DNA of 63,961 nt, counting the filler, from an uncultured bacterium (GTDB lineage Bacteria; CAYJOG01): NCBI GenBank assembly GCA_964371695.1. It is 4 parts of 4 records of this genome, joined end to end, with 100 filler letters (N's around TTAATTAATTAA, not from the genome) between each part and the next. Parts side by side here need not be neighbours in the genome. Positions count along the whole stretch, not along the records: positions 1 to 16,338 come from CAYJOG010000013.1; 3 more parts are not named here. One strand, 5' to 3'. How positions within the stretch are numbered: the first letter of the stretch is position 1; each line of letters opens with the position of its first letter. Both the position numbers and the translations under genes were made by a program. Shown here piece after piece: positions 1 through 10,714 of this stretch. The notes under the pieces were generated by a model. That model did no database searches. It saw only the letters and a program-made list of their open reading frames with translations, and was not told the DNA's origin.

Positions 1-756
1 GGTGTGGGCGTCAAACCCCGCCGAGACCAGCACAAAATCGGGCATGAACTCCAGGCCCTCCATGAGCACCGTGTCGTGATAGGCCCTCAGCACTTCTTCG
101 TCTCCGCTGCCGGGCCGCAGGGGAATGTTGCGTGTGTAGCCCGCGCCTTTGCCCGCGCCCCGCTCGCTGGCGTGGCCCGTGCCCGGATAACAGGGTGACT
201 GGTGGCTCGACACGTACATCACCGTGTCGTCGGCATAAAAAATGTCCTGCGTGCCGTTGCCGTGGTGTACATCAAAATCCACAATCAGCACGCGCTTCAG
301 GCCGTGTTGCCGTTGCAGATACCGCGCCAGCACGGCCACGTGGTTCACCAGGCAAAACCCCATGGCCTGTCCTGCCGTGGCGTGGTGGCCCGGCGGCCTG
401 CCAGCCACAAAGGCGTTGGTGAGTTCACCGGCCATGACAAGGTCCGCCGCCCGCATGGCCGCGCCGCTCGTGCGCAGGGCGGCGTTGAAGCTCTGGGGGC
501 TGGCGGGGGTGTCGGCGTCCAGGTGGCCGCCGCCGCGCTCGCAAATGGCCGCGAGGGTGTCCATGTGTGCGGGGTCGTGCACGGCGTCCACCGCCTCGCG
601 GGGCGCGTTCTCTGCGCTTTCCGGCGTCAGGTCGCGCAGCAGGCCCGTCTCTTGCAGGTGATGATGAATGGCCTCCAGCCGCTGGGGCCGTTCGGGGTGC
701 GGCCCGGTGTCGTGCTGCAAAAAGAGCGGATCGGTGAAATATCCCGTTTTGGCCAT
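1..756 (-). CDS. Histone deacetylase family (Zn-dependent amidohydrolase), 3'-truncated by window edge
   Basis: Not in the ORF track; translated by hand from ATG at 756: HPERPQRL, RPPGHHA, MGFC, DFDVHHGNGTQ, SAGFDAH, all canonical HDAC-family motifs. Confidence 0.93.
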   Translation of the reverse strand, partial: MAKTGYFTDPLFLQHDTGPHPERPQRLEAIHHHLQETGLLRDLTPESAENAPREAVDAVHDPAHMDTLAAICERGGGHLDADTPASPQSFNAALRTSGAAMRAADLVMAGELTNAFVAGRPPGHHATAGQAMGFCLVNHVAVLARYLQRQHGLKRVLIVDFDVHHGNGTQDIFYADDTVMYVSSHQSPCYPGTGHASERGAGKGAGYTRNIPLRPGSGDEEVLRAYHDTVLMEGLEFMPDFVLVSAGFDAHT

Positions 757-760
757 GGGG

Positions 761-1300
761 TTATTGTGATAAAGGTGGGCCGGATTGGCCAGATGCCGCC
801 ACCGCATGGGGAGGGTTGCGGTTACTTTGCTGCGTCTGGGCCAAACCCCGCACGCGGGCGATGAACTCATCCACGCTCACGTCCGTGTAGTCCTCAAACG
901 GCAACGCGGGGCGGCCCCAGTTGCCCACCACAAACAGGGTGGGGTAGCCCTGCACCTGCCACTGGTCGGTGATGCCGCGCTCGGCCTGACCCGTGTCGGG
1001 ATTGATGGACACCTTGATGATGTCGGTGGCGTTTTGCAGAAACTGGGGCTGGCTGAAAATGGCGGCATCGAGCTTTTTGCAATAACCGCACCACTCGGTG
1101 TGAAAGTAAACCAGCACCGGTTGTTTGGTGCGCTGGTGTTCGCTCACCGCAGCGGTATAACCCGACGCGCCGTGAAACCACGACCCGAACGCGACATTGG
1201 TTTTGTGGCGTTTCCAGCCGGTCCAGGCCAAAAGCGCCGCAATGGGCAACAGCATGAGCAGCGTGTGTTTCAGGCTGTCTTTTCTGGCCTGCTCATCCAT
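761..1300 (-). CDS. Membrane-anchored thioredoxin-fold protein
   Basis: N-terminal hydrophobic segment, WCGYC active-site motif, GYPT cis-Pro motif. Confidence 0.85.
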   Translation of the reverse strand: MDEQARKDSLKHTLLMLLPIAALLAWTGWKRHKTNVAFGSWFHGASGYTAAVSEHQRTKQPVLVYFHTEWCGYCKKLDAAIFSQPQFLQNATDIIKVSINPDTGQAERGITDQWQVQGYPTLFVVGNWGRPALPFEDYTDVSVDEFIARVRGLAQTQQSNRNPPHAVAASGQSGPPLSQ

Positions 1301-1357
1301 GACGATGCCATTGTAAAGGCTTGTCGTGAAAGTGGTGAATGTCGTTTTCAGGCGGCA

Positions 1358-2113
1358 TCATACAAACCGCCGCACCCAGTCCGGCGCGACAAACACACCC
1401 CCATCTGCCTGGGCCTGCAACAGGGCGGTATTGTCAAAATCTTCCCACACCGGTGTCAAACCAAGCAGTTCGCCAAACGCAGCCGCCAGCCGCTCGCACC
1501 AGTGCGCTGGTGCGGGGTCAAAACCAAAACCGGCCAGGTCCGCGACAAAATCGCCGTGGGGAATATCGGGGCGCTCCGGGGGCAGTCGCAGCCAGCGGTC
1601 CATGGCGGGTTTGTCGGCTGATAGCAGCAGCGTGCCGTGGTGCAGCAACACCCGGCGGCCCCGGTATTGGGCGTTGCCGCTGATTTTTTTGCCCGCAAAA
1701 GTCACGTCGCTGATGCGCTCAATCTGGGCGTGATGCTCGCCCAGCGTGCGCACCAGCGACGACAGCACAAAGGCCGCCGCCGCCCTGGGGCTTTGGGGCA
1801 GGCCGGGCCAGTCGGTGGGCAGCGTGATGGAGAAATTCAGATTGTTTTCGTCCTGATACACCGTGCCGCCGCCGCTGCGCCTGCGGGCCAGAAAGCCGGT
1901 GGGCGTGGCCAGGGCGGCCTCGGTGAGGTCCAGCGAAACCTTGCGGGTGCGCCCCAGCACCACGCAGGGGGCGTTGACGTAAAAGAGCAGTTCCGGCCTT
2001 GGCGGCGGCGCGGCGGCGTCATCCAGTGCTTTGACCCGCGCCCACTCCAGCGAGAGATTTTCACCCACATCCAAAAGCGGGCTTTTGCGCACGGTCAGGC
2101 GGCCTGTGGTCAT
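1358..2113 (-). CDS. Lipoate-protein ligase A family (catalytic domain only)
   Basis: RRRSGGGTVYQD, KKISGNAQ and HHGTLL motifs. Confidence 0.88.
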   Translation of the reverse strand: MTTGRLTVRKSPLLDVGENLSLEWARVKALDDAAAPPPRPELLFYVNAPCVVLGRTRKVSLDLTEAALATPTGFLARRRSGGGTVYQDENNLNFSITLPTDWPGLPQSPRAAAAFVLSSLVRTLGEHHAQIERISDVTFAGKKISGNAQYRGRRVLLHHGTLLLSADKPAMDRWLRLPPERPDIPHGDFVADLAGFGFDPAPAHWCERLAAAFGELLGLTPVWEDFDNTALLQAQADGGVFVAPDWVRRFV

Positions 2114-2208
2114 GGCCGCATTATGCCGCCAACAAAATCCCGCACCCGGAACCTTTTATCTCATGCGACCGTTACTATAAAAAGCGCAGGCTTTCCCCGG
2201 AGGCGACC

Positions 2209-3927
2209 ATGCAGACCCCGTTGGTGATTTTTCAGGTGCAGGGCATCACCTGCGGCCATTGTGTTTCCGTCATCCGCCACACGCTGCGGGGACTGCCTGG
2301 CGTAAGACGGGTAGAGGTACACCGCCGCACGGGTGTGGTGAAGATGTGGGCAGAGGGCTCCGCCCCCACGCTGGAGGCCCTCAACGCCCTGCTGCAACCC
2401 CAAGGTTATGCCGCCACGAAAATAACAGCCGCACCGCAGCAGGCCACGCCCGCCGTGAGCCACCCCTCGATGGAGCAGGTGATGCTGGCGGCGTTTGGTC
2501 TTTTGATGGTGTTGCTGGTGTTGAAAAACCTGGGGCTGGACCAGACCACCAGCGGCATTGGCGCGGACATGGGCCTGTGGGCCGCGGCCGGTGCGGGGTT
2601 GCTGGCGTCGCTCAGCACCTGCATGGCCTCGGCAGGGGCGCTGGTGATGGCCATGGCCCGCCGCCACGGCGAGCTTTCGCCCCACGATGGCCTGCGGGGA
2701 CTGGGGTTGCCCCTGGGTCTGTTTCACCTGGGGCGCGTGGCGGCCTATGGCGTGGGTGGCGCGGTGCTGGGTCTTTTGGGACAGCGATTGTTGCCCCAGA
2801 GCTGGCTTTTGGCGGCCCTGAGCGTGGGTGTGGGGCTGTTGATGGCGGGTGTGGGGCTGCAACTGGCGGGCCTGTGGCCCCGCCAGTTGACCTTCAATGC
2901 GCCCTGGACGGCGGCCCTTGGCCGCCTCACCGATTACTGCGTGGATGGCGCGCACCCCATGGCCTCGGCGGGTCTGGGGGCGCTGACCTTTTTTCTGCCC
3001 TGTGGTTTCACCCAGTCGCTGCAACTGGTGGCGCTGGGCGCGGCAGACCCCCTGCGGGGTGGGGCCATCATGGCCCTGTTCGCCCTGGGCACGATGCCGG
3101 GCCTGAGCGGTCTGGGTGTGTTGATGGGGGCGGGGGGCCCCCGTGTCTCCCGCGGGGTGGGTCTGGTGGGGGGCATGCTGGTGGTGGTGATGGGACTGGG
3201 CAACATCCGGGGCGGTTTGGTGATGCTGGGTCTCGCGCCGCCGCCCCTCATGGCTTCGGCCCAGGCCGCGCCCCCCGCCCGGCCCGTTCTGCAAAACGGC
3301 CAGCAGGTGGTGGACATGCGGGTGCAGGGCCTGCGCTACATCCCCAGCCGCTTCGCCGTGCAAAAGGGCGTGCCGGTGAAATGGCGCATTCACGCCGAGG
3401 AAGCCGCCGGTTGCGCCCGTGTGCTGGAGGCCCCGGCCCTGGGGCTGCGCCGGTTACTGGGCCAGCAGGAGACGGTCATCACCTTCACGCCGAAAAAAAA
3501 CGGAGAGACACCGTTTTTCTGCAGCATGGGCATGACCACGCCCGGCGCGGCTTTTCTGGTGGGTGATCAGCCAACAGCCAGACTCGCCGACCCCGCCCGC
3601 ACCCCGGCCCAGGCCACAGCGGTGAAAAAGAAATCTAAATACCCGCCCACCGCCACGCAGCGCCGCAAGGCCCGCCTGCTGTGGGGCGGCACGCTGGTGC
3701 CCAAAGAATTCATGGTGCAAAAAGGCGTGCCCGTCACACTCACCATCCAGAGCGACTTCACGCCCTTTGGCTGCCTGTCGGGTTTCGCCATTCCGGATTT
3801 GAATGTGATTCAGGCGGTGAAAAAGGGAAAAACCGATGTCACGTTCACGCCGCACAAGGTTGGGAAATTCGCCATGATGTGCCACATGGAAATGATCCAT
3901 TACGGCACGCTGGAAGTCACACCATGA
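2209..3927 (+). CDS. HMA domain + DsbD_2/TauE-like membrane domain + two cupredoxin-like domains (copper handling)
   Basis: N-terminal GITCGHC; multiple TM helices with LPCG; C-terminal GC...CSMGM and GC...CHMEM cupredoxin-like motifs; coupled to the Cu-ATPase. Confidence 0.82.
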   Translation: MQTPLVIFQVQGITCGHCVSVIRHTLRGLPGVRRVEVHRRTGVVKMWAEGSAPTLEALNALLQPQGYAATKITAAPQQATPAVSHPSMEQVMLAAFGLLMVLLVLKNLGLDQTTSGIGADMGLWAAAGAGLLASLSTCMASAGALVMAMARRHGELSPHDGLRGLGLPLGLFHLGRVAAYGVGGAVLGLLGQRLLPQSWLLAALSVGVGLLMAGVGLQLAGLWPRQLTFNAPWTAALGRLTDYCVDGAHPMASAGLGALTFFLPCGFTQSLQLVALGAADPLRGGAIMALFALGTMPGLSGLGVLMGAGGPRVSRGVGLVGGMLVVVMGLGNIRGGLVMLGLAPPPLMASAQAAPPARPVLQNGQQVVDMRVQGLRYIPSRFAVQKGVPVKWRIHAEEAAGCARVLEAPALGLRRLLGQQETVITFTPKKNGETPFFCSMGMTTPGAAFLVGDQPTARLADPARTPAQATAVKKKSKYPPTATQRRKARLLWGGTLVPKEFMVQKGVPVTLTIQSDFTPFGCLSGFAIPDLNVIQAVKKGKTDVTFTPHKVGKFAMMCHMEMIHYGTLEVTP

Positions 3928-6137
3928 GCACCGCCGCCGCCCCGGCGCAAAACACGGCTGAAAAAAACCTGCGGTTTGGCGTGGGTGGCCTGCGCTGCGC
4001 CAACTGCGCGTCCCGCACCGAAAAGGCCCTGCGCGAAACACCGGGCGTGACCGAGGCGGTGGTGAACTTCGCCACGCGCACCGCCACGGTGCGGTTTGAC
4101 GCCACGGCGCTCACAGAAAAGGACCTGCACACCGTGGTGGTGAAAGCGGGTTATGACGTCATCTCTGCCGAAAACACCGCGCTGATGGCCGAAGCCCAGC
4201 AAAAGGAACAACGCCGGGCCGGATGGCTGGCGCTGTCGGCCCTGGCCCTGAGCGCCCCGGTGGCGGTGCTGGGCATGTCCATGCCGCCGCCCACGGCCCA
4301 CGGCCACGCCGCCGGACCCACGGCGGGGGTGCTGGTGCAGGCGGTGCTGGGCAGCGTGGTGGTGCTGGGGCTGGGCTGGGGGTTTCACGCCGGTTTTGTG
4401 CGCCAGCTCCGGCACCGCGCCGCCAACATGGACACACTGGTGAGCATCGGCACACTGAGCGCGCTTTTTTTCAGCCTGTGGACCCTGGCCCGGGGCGGGG
4501 GTCATTATTATTTCGAGAGCGGTGCGCTGATTACGGCGTTCATATTGCTGGGCCGCTGGCTGGAGGCCCGCGCCCGGGGCCAGGCCGGTGAGGCGGTGAA
4601 AAAACTGCTGCAACTGGGGGCGAAAACAGCGCGCCTTATCACGCCAGGTGGCGAGCGCGAAGTGCCGGTGGAAGACATCACCCCCGGCCAGCGGGTGCGG
4701 GTGCTGCCCGGCGAAAAAATGCCCGTGGATGGCCGCGTGATTGAGGGAACCAGTCACGTGGACGAATCCATGCTCACCGGCGAAAGCCTGCCGGTGGCCA
4801 AGTCTGCGGGCGACGCGATCACCGCCGGTTCGCTCAACCAGCAGGGCATGCTGGTGGTGGAAACCATCGCCACGGGGCCGGACACCGTGCTGGCGCAGAT
4901 GGCGCGTCTGGTGCAGGACGCCCAGGCCAAAAAAGCCCCGGTGCAGCAACTGGCCGACAAAGTGGCCGGTGTGTTTGTGCCCATTGTGCTCGTGTTGGCG
5001 GGTCTCACGCTGTTGGGCTGGTGGGGGATTGGTCACGATGCCACGGCGGGCCTCATCAACGCCATCGCCGTGCTGGTGATTGCCTGCCCCTGCGCCCTGG
5101 GGCTGGCCACGCCCACGGCCATTCTGGCGGGCACGGGCAGGGCGGCCCAGATGGGTGTGTTGTTCAAAAGCGGCGAAGCGCTGCAAAAGGCCGCCCATGT
5201 CGGCATGGTGCTGATGGACAAAACCGGCACCCTCACACAGGGCGCGCCCACGCTCAACCATGTGCTGGCCGCGCCGGGCGAAACCCCGCAAACGGTGCTG
5301 GCCCTGGCGGCGGCGCTGGAAAGCGGCTCGGAACACCCCCTGGCGCGGGCGGTGGCCGCCAAAGCCAGGGCAGAGGGGTTGGCGCTGCCAGCGGTGGTGG
5401 ACTTTGAAGCCGTGACGGGCCGGGGCGTGCGGGGGGTGGTGTCGGGAGAAGCACTGCTGCTGGGCAGCCCGCTGTGGATGTCGGAACAGGGCGTGGTGCT
5501 CGCGCCACTGGAGGCGGACCTGCGCAGGCTGGAGGACGAAGCCAACACCGTGGTGGTGCTGGCCCGCGCCAAGGGTCCAAAGTTGCTGGGGGCGCTGGGC
5601 ATTGCCGACGCGCTCAAACCCACGGCCACCGGCGCGGTGAAAACCCTCACCAGCATGGGCATTGAGGCGGCCATGGTGACGGGAGACAACCCACGCACGG
5701 CCCAGGCCATCGCCACGCAGGCGGGCATAAGCCTTGTGTTTGCCCAGGTGCTGCCCGCCGATAAGGCGGGCCGCGTGGCGGAACTGCAAAAACAGGGCAA
5801 GCTGGTGGCGTTTGTGGGCGACGGCATCAATGACGCCCCGGCCCTGGCCCAGGCCGACGTGGGCATCGCCATGGGCACGGGCACGGACATCGCCATAGAC
5901 ACCGCCGGTGTGGTGCTGGTGAAGGGCGACCCGCTGAAGGCCGCCTGGGCGCTGGGTCTGGCGCGGCGCACCTGGGCGGTGATTTGTCAAAATCTCTTCT
6001 GGGCGTTTTTTTATAACCTGGCGGCGCTGCCGCTGGCGGCCATGGGCCAACTCAACCCGATGATCGCCGCCGGGGCCATGGCGCTTTCCAGCGTGAGTGT
6101 GGTGAGCAACAGTCTGCGCCTGCGGGGGGTTCGATAA
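3924..6137 (+). CDS. copA: Cu(I)-translocating P1B-type ATPase
   Basis: ATG at 3924 overlaps the upstream TGA (ATGA); CANC metal-binding domain, [26 protein letters not shown] and MALSS motifs. Confidence 0.92.
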   Translation: MSTAAAPAQNTAEKNLRFGVGGLRCANCASRTEKALRETPGVTEAVVNFATRTATVRFDATALTEKDLHTVVVKAGYDVISAENTALMAEAQQKEQRRAGWLALSALALSAPVAVLGMSMPPPTAHGHAAGPTAGVLVQAVLGSVVVLGLGWGFHAGFVRQLRHRAANMDTLVSIGTLSALFFSLWTLARGGGHYYFESGALITAFILLGRWLEARARGQAGEAVKKLLQLGAKTARLITPGGEREVPVEDITPGQRVRVLPGEKMPVDGRVIEGTSHVDESMLTGESLPVAKSAGDAITAGSLNQQGMLVVETIATGPDTVLAQMARLVQDAQAKKAPVQQLADKVAGVFVPIVLVLAGLTLLGWWGIGHDATAGLINAIAVLVIACPCALGLATPTAILAGTGRAAQMGVLFKSGEALQKAAHVGMVLMDKTGTLTQGAPTLNHVLAAPGETPQTVLALAAALESGSEHPLARAVAAKARAEGLALPAVVDFEAVTGRGVRGVVSGEALLLGSPLWMSEQGVVLAPLEADLRRLEDEANTVVVLARAKGPKLLGALGIADALKPTATGAVKTLTSMGIEAAMVTGDNPRTAQAIATQAGISLVFAQVLPADKAGRVAELQKQGKLVAFVGDGINDAPALAQADVGIAMGTGTDIAIDTAGVVLVKGDPLKAAWALGLARRTWAVICQNLFWAFFYNLAALPLAAMGQLNPMIAAGAMALSSVSVVSNSLRLRGVR

Positions 6138-6159
6138 GCGTCTCAACTGCTCTTTTGCC

Positions 6160-6186
6160 GTCATTCCCGCGAAAGCGGGAATCCAG
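6160..6186. repeat. REP-like palindrome GTCATTCCCGCGAAAGCGGGAATCCAG (ATTCCC-N8-GGGAAT type)
   Basis: Same palindrome at 56034-56060, and in reverse orientation at 7466-7492 and 56366-56392. Confidence 0.85.
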
Positions 6187-6351
6187 TCAGACATGAGCCA
6201 AAACCATTTTCTTTTGGTAGTGGGGGGGGGGGGGCCCCCNNNNNNNNNNNNNNNNNNNNNNNNNNNNNNNNNNNNNNNNNNNNNNNNNNNNCGCCCCCCC
6301 CCCGCCCCACTAAAACCGATTCCAATTTAAAAAAGCGCGAATTGGAATCTT

Positions 6352-6792
6352 TTACTGGCCACTGTTTTCCTCGCGGATGACCTCGGCGTAGTTGTTGGGG
6401 GTTTCCCACAGCGTCAGGCGCTCCACGCGCCAGTTGGCCAAGTGCTTCTGGGCTTCGTTGAAAATGTGCATGGCCAGATTTTCTGCCGTGGGGGCGGTGG
6501 GCATGATCACCAGTTTCCAGCCGTTGCGTTTCACCAGATCAATGATTTCCACGTCCCGTTCGTCGGCCACAAAAGCGTGGTCCAGCGGCGTGATGACCTG
6601 CGCGAGCGCCGCCTTGACCTCGGCGAAATCCAGCACCATGCCTTCGTCGCTTTCGCTGGTGCTGCCCTTGACCGCGCCACTCACCGTGAGGGCGGCCCGA
6701 TAGGTGTGGCCGTGCAGGTTGGAGCACTGGCTGTTGTGATGCATCAGCCGGTGGCCGGAATCGAAAGTAATCTGTCGCGTGATGGTGACCAT
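6352..6792 (-). CDS. queD: 6-carboxytetrahydropterin synthase (PTPS family)
   Basis: FDSGHRL, CSNLHGHTY, GMVLDF, LDHAF, PTAEN and WETP motifs. Confidence 0.92.
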   Translation of the reverse strand: MVTITRQITFDSGHRLMHHNSQCSNLHGHTYRAALTVSGAVKGSTSESDEGMVLDFAEVKAALAQVITPLDHAFVADERDVEIIDLVKRNGWKLVIMPTAPTAENLAMHIFNEAQKHLANWRVERLTLWETPNNYAEVIREENSGQ

Positions 6793-6811
6793 GGAGAGAT
6801 TTTATGCTTTT

Positions 6812-6985
6812 TAACTTGTCTCATAAATCCCTCCATGGATTTATTCGACCGCAGTGGCCGGAAGTAAATTCCGACCACGAGCGCGAAAACCTGCGCTTTT
6901 AAAGCTCCGGTTTTCGGGGCAGTCCATCCATGGACTGCAACACTTGTCTCATAAATCCCTCCATGGATTTATTCGACCGCAGTGG
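6812..6985. repeat. Dispersed ~125-bp structured element plus a tandem 44-bp partial copy
   Basis: 6814-6857 is identical to 6942-6985; 6812-6937 aligns to the reverse complement of 10550-10677. Confidence 0.9.
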
Positions 6986-7001
6986 ATATTTTTCACGCGG
7001 T

Positions 7002-7325
7002 TCACCCCCGCATGAGCTGATCCAGGTTGGGCATGCCCATGCCGCCGGTGGCGGATTTCATTTTGACCTCGGCGGCTTCGCGGCTTTTTTTCAGGCAGCC
7101 GCTGAAGGCGGTAAAGATGAGGTCCTGCAACATTTCGGGGTCGTCCGGCGTGATCACGTCCGGGTGAATCTCCACCTTCAGCAACTCCTGATGACCGTTC
7201 ATGGCCACCGTCACCTTGCCCCCGGCCACGGCGTGTTCCACCACGGTCTGGGCCAGTTCCTGCTGGGCCTGCACCAGCCCCTGTTGCAGTTTTTGCGCCT
7301 GCTGCATGATCTCGTTGAGGTTCAT
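7002..7325 (-). CDS. ybaB: YbaB/EbfC nucleoid-associated protein
   Basis: MQQAQKLQ...GGKVTVAMNG...DPEMLQDLI; directly downstream of dnaX; start set at ATG 7325. Confidence 0.93.
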   Translation of the reverse strand: MNLNEIMQQAQKLQQGLVQAQQELAQTVVEHAVAGGKVTVAMNGHQELLKVEIHPDVITPDDPEMLQDLIFTAFSGCLKKSREAAEVKMKSATGGMGMPNLDQLMRG

Positions 7326-7369
7326 GAAAACATCATGGCACAGGGCGCAAGAAGTGAGAAGACAAATTG

Positions 7370-7535
7370 GTGGGGCAGGCATCCTGCCTGCCTGAAACAA
7401 AAAAGAAAATCACCTTATTCCCCTCTCCCTCAGGGAGAGGGGAATGGGTGGCGCTTTTTGTTTTACTGGATTCCCGCTTTCGTGGGAATGACGCCAGGAG
7501 AAGCCGGGGGCTTCTCTTTTTCCAACTTCCGGCGT
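7370..7535. repeat. Composite cluster of REP-like palindromes (GCAGGCATCCTGCCTGC, CCCTCTCCC/GGGAGAGGG, ATTCCC/GGGAAT)
   Basis: Three different hairpins at 7370-7392, 7420-7442 and 7466-7492, each recurring elsewhere in the window. Confidence 0.82.
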
Positions 7536-7537
7536 CT

Positions 7538-9178
7538 TCACTTCGGTGGTTCTTCCACCTCTGCACCGGGGGCGAGTTTGAGAATGCGCCCCAACACGCC
7601 TTCATCCAGCGGCAGACCAGCGGGGGCAGGCGCGGATTTGCGCGCCGGTTTGCGGGTGCTCTCAGCGGGCGGCGCGGTTTGTGCCGGTGGCGGCGCGACC
7701 GGGGCAACCGGGGCTGCCGTCTCCCCGCCCACCTTCAACACCAGCGTCACGCCATGGCCCAGAAAATCGGACAGGTGTTTTTCCAGAATCTTTTCTTTGC
7801 CATGGCGCATGAGGGTGTCCACGCGCCATTTGCTGGCGAAGCTCACCACCGCCTCTTCACCCGAAATCACACCCTCGGCCTGACTCAGCATGGCCAGCAG
7901 CGACACGTCTGTTTTCATCAGATGGTTGAGAAATCCCTGCCAGCCGCTGCCGGGTGCGGACGGGGCCGCCGCGACTGCGGGCTGCGCCACGGGTGGCGGT
8001 GCGGCCAGCGCAGCGGGATTGAGAATGGGCGCGGATGCGGGCGCGGGTGCAGGTGCGCCGCCACCCAGGCCAGCCGGTTTGCGGCGGACAAAGCCGGATG
8101 CAGGCGCGGGGGTTTCGGCAGAGGGCGCGGGCGCGCCCCCTGCGGCCACCACCGGCGGCGCGGCGGCCTCGGCCACCCAGCGGGCCAGGGCGGTTTCCAT
8201 GGACAGCAGGGGTTCCTTGTCAAAACCCAGCCGGTGATCCAGCCTGTCCAGCCAGCGCATCAGCCCCGCCCACTTCGCCGCGTCGGCCCCCGACAGAATC
8301 AGTTCCGAAAGATAACGCCGCATTTCGCGCACCAGCATGGACAGGCTCAGCCCCCGGCCGTAATAGTCCATCAGCCGGTCGCGCAGCGCCGGGCCTTCCG
8401 CCTTTTTGAACAGGTCCAGCCAGTCTTTGAGTTCCGCCTCTCCCAGCCTGCCGGAGATGCGCCTCAGCGCCTCTGTCGAAAGCTGCCCTTCCGTCACGCT
8501 GGCGAGTTGCTGCAACAGTGAGAGCGCGTCTCTCATGCAGCCGTCGCTGGCGGCGCAAAGCTCGGCCAGCACGCCCTCTTCGGCGGCGTAACCCTCTTTG
8601 CCGCAAATGGCCAGCAGGGCGGGCTGCATGTCCGCCAGCGACAGGCGCTGAAAGGCGAACTCCTGGCAGCGGCTGCGGATGGTGGCGGGCACCTTGTGGG
8701 GCTCGGTGGTGGCCAGAATGAACAGCAGCCCCTCCGGCGGTTCCTCCACGGCTTTCAGCAGCGCGTTGAAGGCGCTGGTGCTGAGCATGTGGACTTCGTC
8801 GAGGATGTAGACCTTGTAGCGGTTGCGTGTGCGGGGAATCCACAACTGCTCGGTGAGGCGGCGCACTTCCTCTACCTTGCTGTGGCTGGCGGCGTCCATC
8901 TCCACCACTTCGGGGTTGCGGCCCGCCAGGACGTCCACACAGTTCTGGCACTGGCCGCAGGGGTCCGCGCCCAGGCCCTTTTCGCAGTTGAGACTGCGGG
9001 CGATGATGCGCGCCAGACTGGTTTTGCCCGTGCCCCGGGGGCCGTGAAACAGATAGGCGTGGGCCATGTCCTGACGGGCCAGGGCGTTTTTGAGCGTGCG
9101 CACCGGCATGGCCTGACCCACCACTTCGCTGAGGGTCTGGGGGCGGTATTTGCGATAGAGGGTGAGTTGCGTGGCCAT
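7538..9178 (-). CDS. dnaX: DNA polymerase III subunit gamma/tau
   Basis: [15 protein letters not shown], zinc module [21 protein letters not shown]. Confidence 0.96.
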   Translation of the reverse strand: MATQLTLYRKYRPQTLSEVVGQAMPVRTLKNALARQDMAHAYLFHGPRGTGKTSLARIIARSLNCEKGLGADPCGQCQNCVDVLAGRNPEVVEMDAASHSKVEEVRRLTEQLWIPRTRNRYKVYILDEVHMLSTSAFNALLKAVEEPPEGLLFILATTEPHKVPATIRSRCQEFAFQRLSLADMQPALLAICGKEGYAAEEGVLAELCAASDGCMRDALSLLQQLASVTEGQLSTEALRRISGRLGEAELKDWLDLFKKAEGPALRDRLMDYYGRGLSLSMLVREMRRYLSELILSGADAAKWAGLMRWLDRLDHRLGFDKEPLLSMETALARWVAEAAAPPVVAAGGAPAPSAETPAPASGFVRRKPAGLGGGAPAPAPASAPILNPAALAAPPPVAQPAVAAAPSAPGSGWQGFLNHLMKTDVSLLAMLSQAEGVISGEEAVVSFASKWRVDTLMRHGKEKILEKHLSDFLGHGVTLVLKVGGETAAPVAPVAPPPAQTAPPAESTRKPARKSAPAPAGLPLDEGVLGRILKLAPGAEVEEPPK

Positions 9179-9464
9179 GACCGGGCGCGGCCAGTTTACG
9201 CCCGTCGCTGTCGAATCGGAATCAGGGCTTTATATAAAAAATTCGAGTTTGGTTTTTTGTCTCAAGGCGGGGGGGGGGGCGCCCCCCCCCCCGGGGAGAG
9301 AAAAATTATTTTTTTTGGGGGGGGGGGCCCGCCCCCCCGCGAAANNNNNNNNNNACCCCCAAACAAAATTGGGGTGTGGGGGGGGGCCCCCCCCCCCCCC
9401 CCGCCTCAAGCAAAGAAAAACACCACTGTATTTGAGTAAAAAAAGTGACTGGCCCGAACCCAAG

Positions 9465-10520
9465 TTACTTCTTTTTCGCCAGCACGGCCTTGAGCAGCAT
9501 GTGGTCGCTCGCCATGCTGCGGATCACCTGCACGCTGGCCACACCCAGGGCCGGGGGCACATAAATGTGGTCAATGCGAATCAGCGGCAGACGCCGGTGA
9601 AAGGTGTAACCAAACCCCCAGCCCGCCGCCATGAAGGCGTCGGTGTGGGTGCGGCGCAGGCGTGTGCCGAGCGGCATGAGGGGCGTGGCATTGAAGTCGC
9701 CCAGCACCACGGCGGGGGCGTCCAGCGTGCGCACCCAGCCGTCGATCATGCGGGCCTGACGCTCGCTGGACTGAATCTTGGACACCACCAGCGACATGTC
9801 CAGAAAGGTGCGCTTGAGCAATCGCCGCTGCCCCCAACTGGGGGCTTCAAAGTGACAGCCGATTACCCACAGCGGCCCCAGGGGTGTTTGCAATCTGGCC
9901 CCCACGGCGGTGCGGTGCGACCCCAGGCGGCGGGTTTCCTGACGGGTGATCGGAAACCGGCTGATGAGGATGGTCTCGCCACCGTGCACGATGGCTTTTG
10001 CACCCCCCACGATTTGGCGGGCGGCCTCGCGGTCGAGGCCGGGGTTTTTCTTCCAGGGGGTGACCTCCTGCAACGCCCACACGTCCGCCGGATTTTTTTT
10101 GAGTTCATCCAGCAGGCCATAGGGCCCCAGCGCACCCATGTACACGTTCCAGGCGCCCACGGTGATCGTGGGTCCGACGGGGCGCAGCAACCACCGACGC
10201 CAGGGTGCGTTCAGGCCGCACAAAAAAAACAGCGCCCCCAGCAAAAGCCCCGCCGAAAACCACGGCCTGCGGCGCAACAACAAACCCCGCAGCACCCAAA
10301 GCCCCAAAAATCCTGCAAACCACTGGCCGGGCATCACCACCCACAACGCCGCCAAGGGCTGGCCCTGCTGGCTCAGGTGAAGGATGAGGCGGCTGAGGCC
10401 AAAGGCCCCCAGCACGCCCAGGGCCAGATGCGGCAGGGGCCGGGGCCGCGTGGACGGCGCTTTTTGCACGGGGGGCCTGTGGGATTTGCCTGAAGCCACC
10501 CGGCGGATTTTAGAAGTCAT
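9465..10520 (-). CDS. Membrane-anchored endonuclease/exonuclease/phosphatase family protein
   Basis: WNV, LQE, GDFN, RIDHI and SDH motifs after N-terminal TM helices; start uncertain (ATG 10520 or GTG 10499). Confidence 0.85.
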   Translation of the reverse strand: MTSKIRRVASGKSHRPPVQKAPSTRPRPLPHLALGVLGAFGLSRLILHLSQQGQPLAALWVVMPGQWFAGFLGLWVLRGLLLRRRPWFSAGLLLGALFFLCGLNAPWRRWLLRPVGPTITVGAWNVYMGALGPYGLLDELKKNPADVWALQEVTPWKKNPGLDREAARQIVGGAKAIVHGGETILISRFPITRQETRRLGSHRTAVGARLQTPLGPLWVIGCHFEAPSWGQRRLLKRTFLDMSLVVSKIQSSERQARMIDGWVRTLDAPAVVLGDFNATPLMPLGTRLRRTHTDAFMAAGWGFGYTFHRRLPLIRIDHIYVPPALGVASVQVIRSMASDHMLLKAVLAKKK

Positions 10521-10549
10521 CTCAATAAATAGGTATGAGATGACTTCTT

Positions 10550-10677
10550 CAGGCCAGGGATGGACTGTTCCGAAAACCGAAGCTTTGCAAAAGCGCAGGT
10601 TTTCGCGCTCGTGGCCGGGATTTACTCTCGGCCACGGCGGTCGAATAAATACAAGGAGGGATTTTTTAGACAAGTTA
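10550..10677. repeat. Second copy (inverted) of the ~125-bp element
   Basis: Reverse complement TAACTTGTCTAAAAAATCCCTCCTTGTATTTATTCGACCGCCGTGGCCG...GAGCGCGAAAACCTGCGCTTTT...CAGTCCATCC matches 6812-6937. Confidence 0.9.
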
Positions 10678-10714
10678 TAGACTCTCGCCATCCCTCACCC
10701 TCAAGGAGCTTCAC

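Noticed and set aside
6814-6985. 44-bp direct repeat as a possible CRISPR array
   Set aside because: Only two copies, an 84-bp spacer that is itself part of a dispersed element, and no cas genes
6793-7001. preQ1 riboswitch upstream of queD
   Set aside because: No recognisable preQ1 aptamer; the region is occupied by the dispersed repeat
9179-9240. SRP RNA (ffs), often found upstream of dnaX
   Set aside because: The conserved SRP domain IV motif is not visible; adjacent sequence is low quality
9240-9430. Long G/C/A homopolymer stretches (also 6215-6320 and 12465-12560)
   Set aside because: They look like error-degraded reads of the GC-rich REP hairpins, mostly next to gaps; ORFs crossing them are not credible
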